A stretch of 64,000 nt of DNA from Planctomycetota bacterium (GTDB taxonomy: Bacteria > Planctomycetota > UBA1135 > UBA2386): NCBI GenBank assembly GCA_947501605.1, contig CANMWZ010000002.1, forward strand, positions 160,001 to 224,000, in the 5' to 3' direction. A model generated the notes under the pieces. It saw only the letters and a list, made by a program, of their open reading frames with translations. It made no database searches and was not told the origin of the DNA. Both the position numbers and the translations under genes were made by a program. The number at the start of each line of letters is the position of its first letter. Position 1 is the stretch's first letter. Below, in pieces: positions 29,984 to 39,241 of the stretch.

Positions 29984-31315
29984 TCAGAGCGCGCCGACTA
30001 CGGCAAGGATAACAACGAGAACGAGCAGCACCAGCGCGGCGACGACTGCATAGCCCACCAACTGAGCGGCAAACCCGAGCACTTTGAAGGGCAGTCGCAA
30101 CAGCCATACTGCGCCTCTTCCGGCAACCGCACTGATCACCTGCACAGGGAGCAGCAAGGCCATGACAACGACGTCGAGCAAGCGAAAGAAGACGCGCACG
30201 AACAAGGCCAGGATGCCACCCCGACCATCGGCTTCGCCCCAAGGGAGGCCATAAGGGCTGTCGGCGGGATTGCGCCCATCGACGCCAATGCTGTCGCCCA
30301 GAGCTGGACGTCGAAGCCCAGCGTCCGCGTCCTGCCGCTGCGCCCCTGCGCCGGCCGGAAACGCAATGGATGGCGGCAATGGCTGCGCCGACAGATGGGA
30401 CCCCGAGGTCGCAGGGTGGCTGTTGGCAAACAGCAAGCTCTCGCCGAGCGCTACAGGCGCTTGCATGTCTCGAAGAAGGTCGGCGACGCTCTGGTAGCGC
30501 GCATTTGGGTCCTTCTGCAGGCAGCGCCCCAGGATGCGCCGGTCTTCGTTGGATACGTGCTCGGGGTACTCTGGCGCCTCGTGTTCGTGCTTGCGCAGCA
30601 CCTCCCATTCGCTGTCGCCCTTGAACGGAACGTCTCCGCACAAGCACTCGAACATCAGGACGCCGAGCGAGTAGACATCGCTACGCACATCGCCGCGTCG
30701 CTGCAGCATCTCGGGTGCCATGTAGTACGGCGTCCCTCGACCAAACGAGAGCGAGTTGCGGGACTCCGTCACGAGCTTCGACAGCCCGAAGTCGCCGACA
30801 CGCGCGATATCGCCTTTCAAGAAGATGTTGGCGGGCTTGATGTCGAAGTGCACGAGCGACCGCTCGTGTAAGGCCTGCACACCGCGCGCTGCCTGCACAA
30901 AGATGCGCAAAGCCTCGTCGCGCGACATCCGGCCCTGCTCCAGTCGCTTACGCAGAGTCTCCTGGCCTGCGTAGCTCATGACCAAGTATGGAATCCCGTC
31001 GACCTCGCCCATGTCCTCGATGGACACGAGATTGGGATGATCAAGCTGCGCGAAGTAGCGCACGGAGTCCAGTTCTCGAGCGACCGCGTCGCGCACGCTC
31101 TCGTCGTCGACTTTCAAGAACTTGATGGCGTAGTCCTTACCGATCGACTCCTTACGAGCCTTGAAGACCAGGCCGAACATCCCCCCACCGAGCTTGTTGA
31201 CGATCTCGAAGCCGCTGACATAGCCGGGCTTGCGATAGTCGCGATAGAACGCTTCCCAGTCGATGCGGCCAAATGGCTCGGATTCGGCGTCAGGGAGCTT
31301 GTTCGGAAGGGCCAT
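29984..31315 (-). CDS. Hanks-type Ser/Thr kinase (non-RD) with hydrophobic C-terminus
   Basis: GGGMFGLV, YAIK, HFDIKPAN, DFG, GTPYYMAPE, DVYSLG; about 80-aa hydrophobic/amphipathic tail. Confidence 0.92.
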   Translation of the reverse strand: MALPNKLPDAESEPFGRIDWEAFYRDYRKPGYVSGFEIVNKLGGGMFGLVFKARKESIGKDYAIKFLKVDDESVRDAVARELDSVRYFAQLDHPNLVSIEDMGEVDGIPYLVMSYAGQETLRKRLEQGRMSRDEALRIFVQAARGVQALHERSLVHFDIKPANIFLKGDIARVGDFGLSKLVTESRNSLSFGRGTPYYMAPEMLQRRGDVRSDVYSLGVLMFECLCGDVPFKGDSEWEVLRKHEHEAPEYPEHVSNEDRRILGRCLQKDPNARYQSVADLLRDMQAPVALGESLLFANSHPATSGSHLSAQPLPPSIAFPAGAGAQRQDADAGLRRPALGDSIGVDGRNPADSPYGLPWGEADGRGGILALFVRVFFRLLDVVVMALLLPVQVISAVAGRGAVWLLRLPFKVLGFAAQLVGYAVVAALVLLVLVVILAVVGAL

Positions 31316-31328
31316 GGACGACTCGATG

Positions 31329-31937
31329 CTACAGGAGGAAAGCGAGGGACGGGACGGCCACGCCAACAAGCAGGCCGAGGACGCGGAGTCGTGCGGTCAT
31401 GTAGCCTCTCGAGAGGCGGTCGATCCAGCTGACCGCGAACGCGAGCACGGCCCAGAGACCAACCGTGCCGCCAGCGAGGACCACCGCCTGCTGTCGGGTT
31501 CGATGAAGTTCGCGCCGCAGCTGGGTCTCGCCGCGATTCACTGCCGCCGGGTCCTCAGCGATCCAGAGCGTGGTCTGGAAGCTCTTGCCGAACTCGTGTT
31601 CGCGCTCGCGGTCCTCGCGGTCGACGACGCACAAGGCGCGTTCCCCCGCTTGCCGCGCAATCCAGCGATCGACAGCACGCGAGCACAGGACCTCAGGCAA
31701 CCAAAACGGACGGCCCTCCGCAATGAGGCGTTCGCTGCGCTCGCGCCACCGCGCCTCCAGATGGTCAATGGCGACGTGACGAGCCGAACCATAGGCCTCG
31801 GCCGAAGTGAGTTCGGTCGTCCCGCGGATAGCAACGGTGTCGACCGCCCCCTGACTTTCGAGCCTCGAATGACCACCCGGAGACTGCCCTGCAGCCACGG
31901 AGGCAAGAATGAGAGTCGCGAACAGGGTTGTGAGCAT
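31329..31937 (-). CDS. Hypothetical membrane protein
   Basis: Signal peptide plus two C-terminal TMs flanking WIDRLSRGYMT. Confidence 0.65.
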   Translation of the reverse strand: MLTTLFATLILASVAAGQSPGGHSRLESQGAVDTVAIRGTTELTSAEAYGSARHVAIDHLEARWRERSERLIAEGRPFWLPEVLCSRAVDRWIARQAGERALCVVDREDREREHEFGKSFQTTLWIAEDPAAVNRGETQLRRELHRTRQQAVVLAGGTVGLWAVLAFAVSWIDRLSRGYMTARLRVLGLLVGVAVPSLAFLL

Positions 31938-32049
31938 GGAGAGCACCCGCGACCCGCTTGCGCACCACGGATGGACTATTCGGAAAACCACCACGGCTCG
32001 CGCAAAGGTCGCAAGCCGCCATGTCCGGCGCCGCGCCCCGCCCCGCGGC

Positions 32050-34755
32050 TCAACGGCCGCGGGCCCACGGCAGCAGAACGAACGACATGCCACCAGCGCG
32101 GACCGTGGCGCCGGCATCGACGGGGTGTTCGTCCCGGAACGGCACGCCATCGATCTCGCCGCCACTGACGCACCGAACGCGGATCTGGCCGACCTTGGTG
32201 CCGAACAGCTCCACCTCGGCGGTTGCCGAGGCAACTCGGATGTGGACGTCCTGGCTTGCCCCGAGGCAGATGCGGCCGTCGCGGCCGCGGTCCTTGAGCA
32301 ACAGCACACGATCCGTGCCCGCCACCTGGAACCCACCATGCACCTGCAGCATGGCCGTCAGAGAGCGCTTGCAAGGCAGTTGGTAGGAGCACTGAAGTGC
32401 CGCACCGAGCTGGAACTTGTCGCCTGGGCGCAAGGCGTGGGTCGTCACTCTCCCGCCGCGGACTCGCACCTCACCACTCTCGGCGGAGAGCGTGTCCTGC
32501 ATGCCGCCATGAAACGACATGCTGCGCTGGATGCGCGCGTGCTTGCCGGCGATCGCAGCCAGAATTGGGAGGTCCGAGGTGCCGTCGCGGAGGTTCCCGA
32601 TCGTGATCGACTCGCCGCGCAGCACGACGAACTCGCCGCCTTCGTCCACTCGGAGCAGGAACGACCCTTCGAGCCCTTGGGCCTGCGCTAGGCTCCGCTT
32701 CATGTCGTAGATGCGCGTGCGCAGCATCGGCGGGGTCGGCGGCATGGCATCGAGCGCAGCGTGGGCCGTGCTGAGGTCTCCGCCCCTGGTCAGGGCATCC
32801 ACATGCGCCAGCGCCGCCTCCTGCTGGCGCAAGCCCGCGAGCGCGGTCTCGAGTTTGGTTACGCAGGTGCCGTCGACCCACATCTGCCGGGCGGCCTCGC
32901 ATCGGCTCTCGGCGCCGCGCAGGTCTCGCTGCGCGAGAAGCGCTTCCGCTTCGGCGGTGAGCTGCTCAGCGCGCAGTCGACGCTCGCGGCACGACGCGAG
33001 CAGTCGGTCCGCACTGTCACCACCTGCAGGATGGACCGATGCAGCGGCAGCGATCCCGCGCAAACAGGCCTCAGCCTCGGTCAGTCTCCCCCCCAGCAGA
33101 GCGCGATCCGCAGCCTGCTGCAGACGGTCGACCAAGTTCAGGATTCGGGCGTCCAAACGATCGGAGACCAGAAGGCTCGGCCGCCGCGCAACAAGCTGCT
33201 GGATCGCAACCACAACACTTGCGACGTTGCCCACGTCGAGCGCGCGAGCAGCGGCTTCCGCCTGCTCGGTTCCTTCCACCTCGCTCGCAATCGCTAGCCT
33301 CAGGGTTGGCAGGTCCTCGTGATCGCTCTGGACTTTGGCCAGTTCGTCGAGGCGCGAAAGACAGTGTCGCAGGCCGCCGAGACCACCCGACGTACGCCCG
33401 TGGAGCGCGGCGCGAACCTCATCAAGACCGCGGCTGACCAAGTCTATGCGGGCGCGCATTTCCTGCGCGAACATCGAGGCCATCGCACCGTCCGTGCCGG
33501 CGTGCACCTCGGCCAGAGCCAGTGCGTAGGCATGGCCAAGGCGGCACTCACGGGCGGCATCACGAGCGACCTGCAGCCGCTGCTCGCGTTCTCGCGTGCT
33601 GCGGTCGATCGCGTCGCGTTCTTGACGGGCTTCGTCGTGCATAGGCATGTCCTCGAGGACCCCTGCGAGCAACGTGCGAGCGGCGTCGAACTCACCTGCC
33701 GCCGCGTGCTTGCGAGCCCGCTGCACCCGCTCGTTCGCGGTTTCCGCTTCTTGCAGAAGGACCTTCGCCTCGGCCAAGAAGTCGCGGCGATCCAGCAGTT
33801 CAGCAAGCTGGCGCAGGATCCCCGCGACCGCGGCCGGGCGCCCACTGGTCCGCGTCGTCGGCAAGCGCAGTAACAACTGCGCCGCGGACTGCGCGCGTTC
33901 CCACTCGGCCGGCGCGTTCGCCGGCGCCGGCAGCGGGCAAACCGCGCACGCCTGCAACAACTCGAGGTCCTGCGAGCCTTCCGCGGTGCCCATTTCTAGC
34001 AGCGCGGCGCCAGCCCCAGCGCGCAAGGCAGCCACTGCAGCCCCAGTCGTCGCCAGCTCAGGAAGCTGCTGCAGTCGCCGCTGCAGCCAGGGCATCACCC
34101 GCCTGGCCCCCCCAGCGCGCAGATGGGTCGCAGCATCGACCTCGAGCGCTCGGGCAGCGGCAGCAACCAGAGCGGCCGCTACAGGCCAGCCACCAGCCGT
34201 GTCATCGCAGGCGCGGGCGGCCCGCAGGGACTCTTCGGCCTCGGTCAGACGCCCAGCAGCAACAGCCGCTTCGGCTTCGGCCCGCAACCGGACGGCCTCC
34301 GCACGCCGTGCAGCAACAAACGCAGCGACAGCGGCGACACTGGCCACAAGCTTCGGGTCTGGGGACTTGGCCAGCTCTGCAAGCACGGCCTCCGCCTCAG
34401 CCAAGCGACCGCGTTCGGCGCCTTGTTGTGCACGCTCGACCGCCTGCTGGGCTGCTCGAGTCTGGTCGCCCTCGGCCTCAAGGCGTTGGCGGGCGGCACC
34501 GAGGTCAAGGCTTGCTTGGCTGTGCGCCGCAACACCGATCGCCCGTTCCAAGTCGCGGACGGCTGCCGCTGCATCGCCCGAAAGGAGGCGCTCCCGTCCG
34601 CGCTTCGCCAATGCCTCTTGGGCAGAATCACGGACCTCTCGCGCTCGCCGGTCGGCGGCGATCAGCGGGTCGGTCGCCAGCCGGGCAGCTTCTTCGAAGC
34701 GGCCATCGTGCAGCGCCTTCCTGGCCTGAGCCAGACGAATGAAACGATCGAACAT
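32050..34755 (-). CDS. Large helical-repeat (TPR-like) protein with C-terminal FHA-like domains
   Basis: About 690 aa of Ala/Arg-rich helical repeats, then ITIGN...DLPILAAIAGKHARI and a second FHA-like beta region. Confidence 0.7.
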   Translation of the reverse strand: MFDRFIRLAQARKALHDGRFEEAARLATDPLIAADRRAREVRDSAQEALAKRGRERLLSGDAAAAVRDLERAIGVAAHSQASLDLGAARQRLEAEGDQTRAAQQAVERAQQGAERGRLAEAEAVLAELAKSPDPKLVASVAAVAAFVAARRAEAVRLRAEAEAAVAAGRLTEAEESLRAARACDDTAGGWPVAAALVAAAARALEVDAATHLRAGGARRVMPWLQRRLQQLPELATTGAAVAALRAGAGAALLEMGTAEGSQDLELLQACAVCPLPAPANAPAEWERAQSAAQLLLRLPTTRTSGRPAAVAGILRQLAELLDRRDFLAEAKVLLQEAETANERVQRARKHAAAGEFDAARTLLAGVLEDMPMHDEARQERDAIDRSTREREQRLQVARDAARECRLGHAYALALAEVHAGTDGAMASMFAQEMRARIDLVSRGLDEVRAALHGRTSGGLGGLRHCLSRLDELAKVQSDHEDLPTLRLAIASEVEGTEQAEAAARALDVGNVASVVVAIQQLVARRPSLLVSDRLDARILNLVDRLQQAADRALLGGRLTEAEACLRGIAAAASVHPAGGDSADRLLASCRERRLRAEQLTAEAEALLAQRDLRGAESRCEAARQMWVDGTCVTKLETALAGLRQQEAALAHVDALTRGGDLSTAHAALDAMPPTPPMLRTRIYDMKRSLAQAQGLEGSFLLRVDEGGEFVVLRGESITIGNLRDGTSDLPILAAIAGKHARIQRSMSFHGGMQDTLSAESGEVRVRGGRVTTHALRPGDKFQLGAALQCSYQLPCKRSLTAMLQVHGGFQVAGTDRVLLLKDRGRDGRICLGASQDVHIRVASATAEVELFGTKVGQIRVRCVSGGEIDGVPFRDEHPVDAGATVRAGGMSFVLLPWARGR

Positions 34756-34810
34756 GCGGTCGTGAGGGCCGTGACAGGCCCTGCGCAGCCCGATTCGGGC
34801 AACTCAGCCA

Positions 34811-35764
34811 CTATTCCCAGGCGACCACCACGCCGCTAGCCCCTGCATCTTCGCGCGCTCGGCGAAGGCACTCCTCGGCCACCACCAAGAACTGCCGTCG
34901 ATCGGAGATTCCAGCCATTGGCACCGACGCGACACCAGCAGCGGGCCGCAGCGGCACCGAGTACTCACGACTGCTCAAAGCCTGCAATAGGCGCCGCGCT
35001 AGGGCTTGCGCGCCAAGGGGTGGTGTCCCCGGCAGTAGGAACAAGAACGTGGTCGTCGTGAACCGCCCGAGTACGTCGATGTCGCGGCATTCGTTCAGGA
35101 ACACCGACGCCACTTCGGCGAGCAGGACGGATCGATCCGGCCCTGCCGGCATCGCCGCAGCCGCGGTGCCAATGTCGAGCAACACAATGGACAGCGGCAG
35201 GTGAAACCGCTGCGAGCGCTTCCACTCCTCGTCAAGTTTGAGCGCGGTGTATGGACCGTCGAACAGACCGGTCTCCGCATCCTGCAGTCGCTGCAAGAAC
35301 GAGACGGAGCTCTCCCATTCGCGCACTCGGCCGGCGAGTTCGGACTGATCCGCGTTGGCCAACGCGGCGCCGTAGCGGTCGAGCAACGTGTCGATGTTCT
35401 TGTGGGTCTTGCCGCGATCTCGAGGAGCGAGGTGTTCAAGCCCATCGACGTGCCCTTGCTGATCGAGACGCATGACCCCGTCAGCCAGCACGAATCGGGC
35501 CAGGAGAACACCCGTCGGGTCCTCAGTACGGACGACAATGTGGACGCTGACGCCTCGCGTCTGCTTCCAGGCACGGCACGCGGAGAAGGCATTGCCTCCA
35601 AGAACGTCCTCCCGGCCTGCCAAGCTTGCAAAGGCCTCGACCACCACCGCGTCTCCGGACTGCAACTCGGTCGCCGGTTCGTTGCTCGGTTCCTTGCCGA
35701 ATGCCGTGGTGATCGCGGTGCGAACTGCGGGCGAGCTGCCCACGTGGAACAGGCGTTGCGTCAT
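34811..35764 (-). CDS. Degenerate GGDEF-domain protein with receiver-like N-terminus
   Basis: DAETGLF...LDEEWKRSQR..LSIVLLDI...RDIDVLGRFTTTTFLFLLP; GGDEF is replaced by TTTTF. Confidence 0.8.
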   Translation of the reverse strand: MTQRLFHVGSSPAVRTAITTAFGKEPSNEPATELQSGDAVVVEAFASLAGREDVLGGNAFSACRAWKQTRGVSVHIVVRTEDPTGVLLARFVLADGVMRLDQQGHVDGLEHLAPRDRGKTHKNIDTLLDRYGAALANADQSELAGRVREWESSVSFLQRLQDAETGLFDGPYTALKLDEEWKRSQRFHLPLSIVLLDIGTAAAAMPAGPDRSVLLAEVASVFLNECRDIDVLGRFTTTTFLFLLPGTPPLGAQALARRLLQALSSREYSVPLRPAAGVASVPMAGISDRRQFLVVAEECLRRAREDAGASGVVVAWE

Positions 35765-36522
35765 GCGTCTGCAGCCAGCTTGCTGGCCACCTCATCGGGA
35801 AAGTGCTCGTTGCTGTAGACCGCCTGCACGTCGTCGTGGTCTTCCAATGCGTCGAACAACGCAATCACGCGACGGGCAACTTCGGCGTCCGCGACCGAAC
35901 AGTGTTGTTTGGGCACGTAGGCAAGGTCGGCGCTGAGCAGCCCCAAGCCCGCCTGCTGGAGTGCCGTCTTTACTGGGTGGAACTCCCCAGCAGCACCGTA
36001 GATGGTCACGAGCTCCGGGGTCACGACAAGGTCCTCCGCGCCAGCACCAAGGACCACTTCGAGCAGTCGCTCCTCGGCCACTTTGGAATCTGGCTGGACC
36101 GTGAACACCGCGCGGCGTTCGAACATCCAACCGACTGCACCCGTAGCAGCGAGATTGCCGCCGGCATCCTCGAAGAGCAGACGCATCTCGGGTGCGGTGC
36201 GGCTGCGCTTGTCCGTCAGGATCTCGAGAACGAAGGCCACGCCGCCGGGGCCATAGCCTTCGTAAAGCATCTCTTCGAAATCGCCGGCAGAACCCTCGCC
36301 AAGCCCCTTCTTGATGGCGCGCTCGATCGCGTCCTTGGACATGGACGCGAGCCGCGCCTTCTCGACATAGTCCCGCAGGCGTGGATTGCCCTCCGTGGTG
36401 CCGCCGCCATGCTTGGCAGCGACAGTCATCATGCGGGACAGCTTGGCGAATAGTTTCGCTCGCTTGCTGTCGACTCGGTCCTTGCGGAACTTGATGTTCG
36501 AGGAATGGGAATGGCCAGCCAT
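35761..36522 (-). CDS. yebC: YebC/PmpR-family protein
   Basis: MAGHSHSSNIK, YEGYGPGG, LTD..RT, LEDHDDVQAVYSN. Confidence 0.95.
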   Translation of the reverse strand: MAGHSHSSNIKFRKDRVDSKRAKLFAKLSRMMTVAAKHGGGTTEGNPRLRDYVEKARLASMSKDAIERAIKKGLGEGSAGDFEEMLYEGYGPGGVAFVLEILTDKRSRTAPEMRLLFEDAGGNLAATGAVGWMFERRAVFTVQPDSKVAEERLLEVVLGAGAEDLVVTPELVTIYGAAGEFHPVKTALQQAGLGLLSADLAYVPKQHCSVADAEVARRVIALFDALEDHDDVQAVYSNEHFPDEVASKLAADA

Positions 36523-36569
36523 CGACCAGATCCTCCGCAGAGTGGACGCGTGCGCAGCGAGCTTCGCGC

Positions 36570-36599
36570 GGTGTGTGCGCTGCACGCAGCGCACGCACC
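36570..36599. terminator. Strong inverted repeat downstream of rpsI (terminator or stability hairpin)
   Basis: GGTGTGTGCGCTGC-AC-GCAGCGCACGCACC; 14-bp arms with one mismatch; no U-tract. Confidence 0.45.
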
Positions 36600-36614
36600 A
36601 GAGGCGCACACCAA

Positions 36615-37013
36615 TCAGCGCTTGCTGAACTGCGTCGAACGACGCGCCTTGTGGCGGCCGTACTTCTTGCGCTCGACTTCGCGCGAATCGCGCGTCATCA
36701 AACCGTTGTCACGCAGGGCGCGTTCGAAGTTCTCGTTGTCGATGCACAGAGCACGCGCGATTCCGAGGCTGACAGCGCCAGCCTGGCCCGTGATGCCACC
36801 GCCGTCGACGTTGACCCAGATGTCGTAGTTGTTGCGCGACTCGGTGACTTGCAGCGGCATCGTCGCTTGACGACGCGAGTCATCGGTCACGAAAAACTTC
36901 TCGAACTCGAGACCATTGACGAGGAACTTGCCGGAGCCGGCCTTGACGCGAACCCGGGCGGTCGCGGACTTGCGACGGCCGGTGCCCCAGATGTAGGGAT
37001 TGTTGACTACCAC
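36615..37013 (-). CDS. rpsI: 30S ribosomal protein S9
   Basis: GTGRRKSATARV, GGGITGQAGA, ERKKYG...QFSKR; GAGG Shine-Dalgarno before GTG 37013. Confidence 0.97.
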   Translation of the reverse strand: MVVNNPYIWGTGRRKSATARVRVKAGSGKFLVNGLEFEKFFVTDDSRRQATMPLQVTESRNNYDIWVNVDGGGITGQAGAVSLGIARALCIDNENFERALRDNGLMTRDSREVERKKYGRHKARRSTQFSKR

Positions 37014-37027
37014 GTGCAAACCTCGAA

Positions 37028-37474
37028 TTAGCTGTTGCCCGTCCACGACGCAGGCTTCTGCGCCACGTGTGGATGCTCGGAGCCAGTGTAGACCTTGAGA
37101 CGGCGGAGCATGTGCTCGCCGAGACGATTCTTTGGAAGCATGCGGCGCACAGCCAATCGGATCAGCTCGCCTGGGGCATGCTCGCGGTAGTCGGCGAGCT
37201 TGACGTATCGCAGACCACCCGGATAGCCGGTGTAGTAGGTGTATTCGCGCGTCTCACCCTTGTTGCCGGTGAGCGCGATCTTGCCTGCATTGAGGACGAT
37301 CACACCCTCGCCGACCAGGATGTGCGGGGTGTAACGCGGGCTGTGCTTGCCCATGAGAACCGTGGCGATCTCGGTCGCCAGACGGCCGAGAACCTGGCCC
37401 GACGCATCGACGACGCGCCAAGTGTTCATGGCTACGTGACGATCGGCCTCGGTTGCAAAGGTGGTCTTGGTCAT
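37028..37474 (-). CDS. rplM: 50S ribosomal protein L13
   Basis: WRVVDASGQVLGRLA, GKHSPRYTPH, YTGYPGG, MLPKNRLG, HPHVAQKP. Confidence 0.97.
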   Translation of the reverse strand: MTKTTFATEADRHVAMNTWRVVDASGQVLGRLATEIATVLMGKHSPRYTPHILVGEGVIVLNAGKIALTGNKGETREYTYYTGYPGGLRYVKLADYREHAPGELIRLAVRRMLPKNRLGEHMLRRLKVYTGSEHPHVAQKPASWTGNS

Positions 37475-37536
37475 TGCCTGCTGACTGTCGGCCGCGGCCC
37501 TGCAGAGCTGCGCGCCTGGAATGGGAAGGGGCGAGG

Positions 37537-37564
37537 ATGGTAGCGAGGCTACTTTCGGAGTCAA
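37537..37564 (-). promoter_or_regulatory. Sigma70-type promoter of rplM-rpsI
   Basis: Minus strand TTGACT-16 nt-TACCAT, about 60 nt upstream of rplM. Confidence 0.65.
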
Positions 37565-37653
37565 CGGTGCGAACGTTCCTTCTGTGGGCCGCAGGACCCG
37601 TCCTCCATCGGCCTCGCGGCCAGCGATGGAGCGCACGCCAGCCCGCCGTGGAG

Positions 37654-39102
37654 CTACAGCTCGCGGATGGACATCGTGTTGGTCAGACCCGTTTCCCGGA
37701 TCGTGCCGGCGATCTGCACCAGACGGTCGCCCTTCCGCATCCACCCCTCCACGCGCAGGATTCGGTCGCCCGCCACCGTCAGCGCGTGGGCCGTGCGCTT
37801 TGGTGGGATCTTGCGAGTCGTAATGCCCCACGTCAGCGACAGCCGCTGCATCGTCCGCTGCGACGGCGTGAACGCCAGAATGTGCGTCGGCGGGCGCTCT
37901 CCGGCCAGGAGGTTCGCGGTGGTCCCGGTTTCGGTGTAGACGGCGATCAGACGCGCGTGAGACTCATAGGCGGCATAGGCCGCGGCGCGGACGGTGGCCT
38001 GCGCCACGGAACTGCTCTTGCTGCCCATTGGGCGTCGGCGCATCCGCTCACCCATGCCGGTGTAGCAGGACTTCTCGGCCGTGCGAATGATCTTCTCCAT
38101 CGTCTGCACGCTGCGGACCGGGTGCTTGCCCGACGCGGTTTCCGCGGACAGCATCACTGCCGAGGTCCCGTCATAGATGGCGTTGGCAACGTCGGAGGCT
38201 TCTGCGCGCGTGGGCCGCGGATTCAACACCATCGACTCCAGCATCTGCGTCGCGGTGATCACCGGCTTTCGCGCCTCGTTGCACATGGCGATGATGCGCT
38301 TCTGCACCGGTGGAACCGCTGCCGGCCCCATCTCCACCCCCATGTCGCCGCGCGCGACCATCAGGCCGTCCGCGACTGCGAGGATCTCCGGCAGGCAGCC
38401 GACGGCCTCGGGCCGTTCGATCTTGGCGATGATCTGCACATCGCCTTTGGCACGAGTGATGTGGCGCCGCAGTTCGACGACGTCTTCGGGCGCCCGAACG
38501 AACGAGAGCGCGACGAAATCCACGCCGGCAGCGAGCACCACCTTGAGGTCCGCAAGGTCTTTCGGCGAGAGGCAACTGGTCGAGACCTTGCTGCCTGGCA
38601 GGTTGATGCCCTTGAACTGGTGGAGCATGCCGCCGTAGACGACACGCGTGTGGATCTCGTCGCCATCGACGCGGAGGACTCGCAACTCCAGGTTGCCGTC
38701 ATCCAGCAGGATGCGTTCCTTCGGCTTCACATCGCGCGCGAGATGGCGATAGATCGTACCGATGCGGATTTCGCCAGCGCCGTTCGCCTCACCGACGACA
38801 CCTGGGGTCGCATCGATGACAACCTGCGCGCCGCGCTTCAGGTAGATGGGCTCCGCGTTCTTCAGCTTGCCAACGCGAATCTTCGGCCCCTGCAGGTCGG
38901 CGAGCACGCCGACAGCGTGACCCTCCTTTTGGGCAACCTGGCGGATCATGCTGATCGTGCGGACCAGCGTCTCGTGATCCGCGTGCGCGCAGTTGAGACG
39001 GAAAACATCGACGCCAGCGCGCACCAACTGCGCGATCATGGAGGATGTATTGGATGCGGGCCCCAACGTGGCCACGATCTTGGTGCGGTTCTGCCAGGCC
39101 AT
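37654..39102 (-). CDS. pyk: Pyruvate kinase
   Basis: RTKIVATLGPAS, DLQGPKIR, IIAKIE, MVARGDMGVE, ATQMLESM, PTRAEASDV, MLSAETA. Confidence 0.97.
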   Translation of the reverse strand: MAWQNRTKIVATLGPASNTSSMIAQLVRAGVDVFRLNCAHADHETLVRTISMIRQVAQKEGHAVGVLADLQGPKIRVGKLKNAEPIYLKRGAQVVIDATPGVVGEANGAGEIRIGTIYRHLARDVKPKERILLDDGNLELRVLRVDGDEIHTRVVYGGMLHQFKGINLPGSKVSTSCLSPKDLADLKVVLAAGVDFVALSFVRAPEDVVELRRHITRAKGDVQIIAKIERPEAVGCLPEILAVADGLMVARGDMGVEMGPAAVPPVQKRIIAMCNEARKPVITATQMLESMVLNPRPTRAEASDVANAIYDGTSAVMLSAETASGKHPVRSVQTMEKIIRTAEKSCYTGMGERMRRRPMGSKSSSVAQATVRAAAYAAYESHARLIAVYTETGTTANLLAGERPPTHILAFTPSQRTMQRLSLTWGITTRKIPPKRTAHALTVAGDRILRVEGWMRKGDRLVQIAGTIRETGLTNTMSIREL

Positions 39103-39241
39103 CCTGATCTGTCTCCCGGCGGTCAAGCCGGGCCTTCAAAGCGTTAGCGCCCAATGCGGGCGGCGCGGAGTTGTAGCGCAACGGACTGCGCGGCGCGAAC
39201 AGTGCGCGAAGAGGGCGCGGCGAAGACTGCGGACGACCCGA

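Noticed and set aside
28930..34815. GAAT(A/C)...GTC motifs upstream of genes in the ECF module as a shared ECF promoter
   Set aside because: Spacing is inconsistent (16 to 23 nt), so no consensus can be supported.
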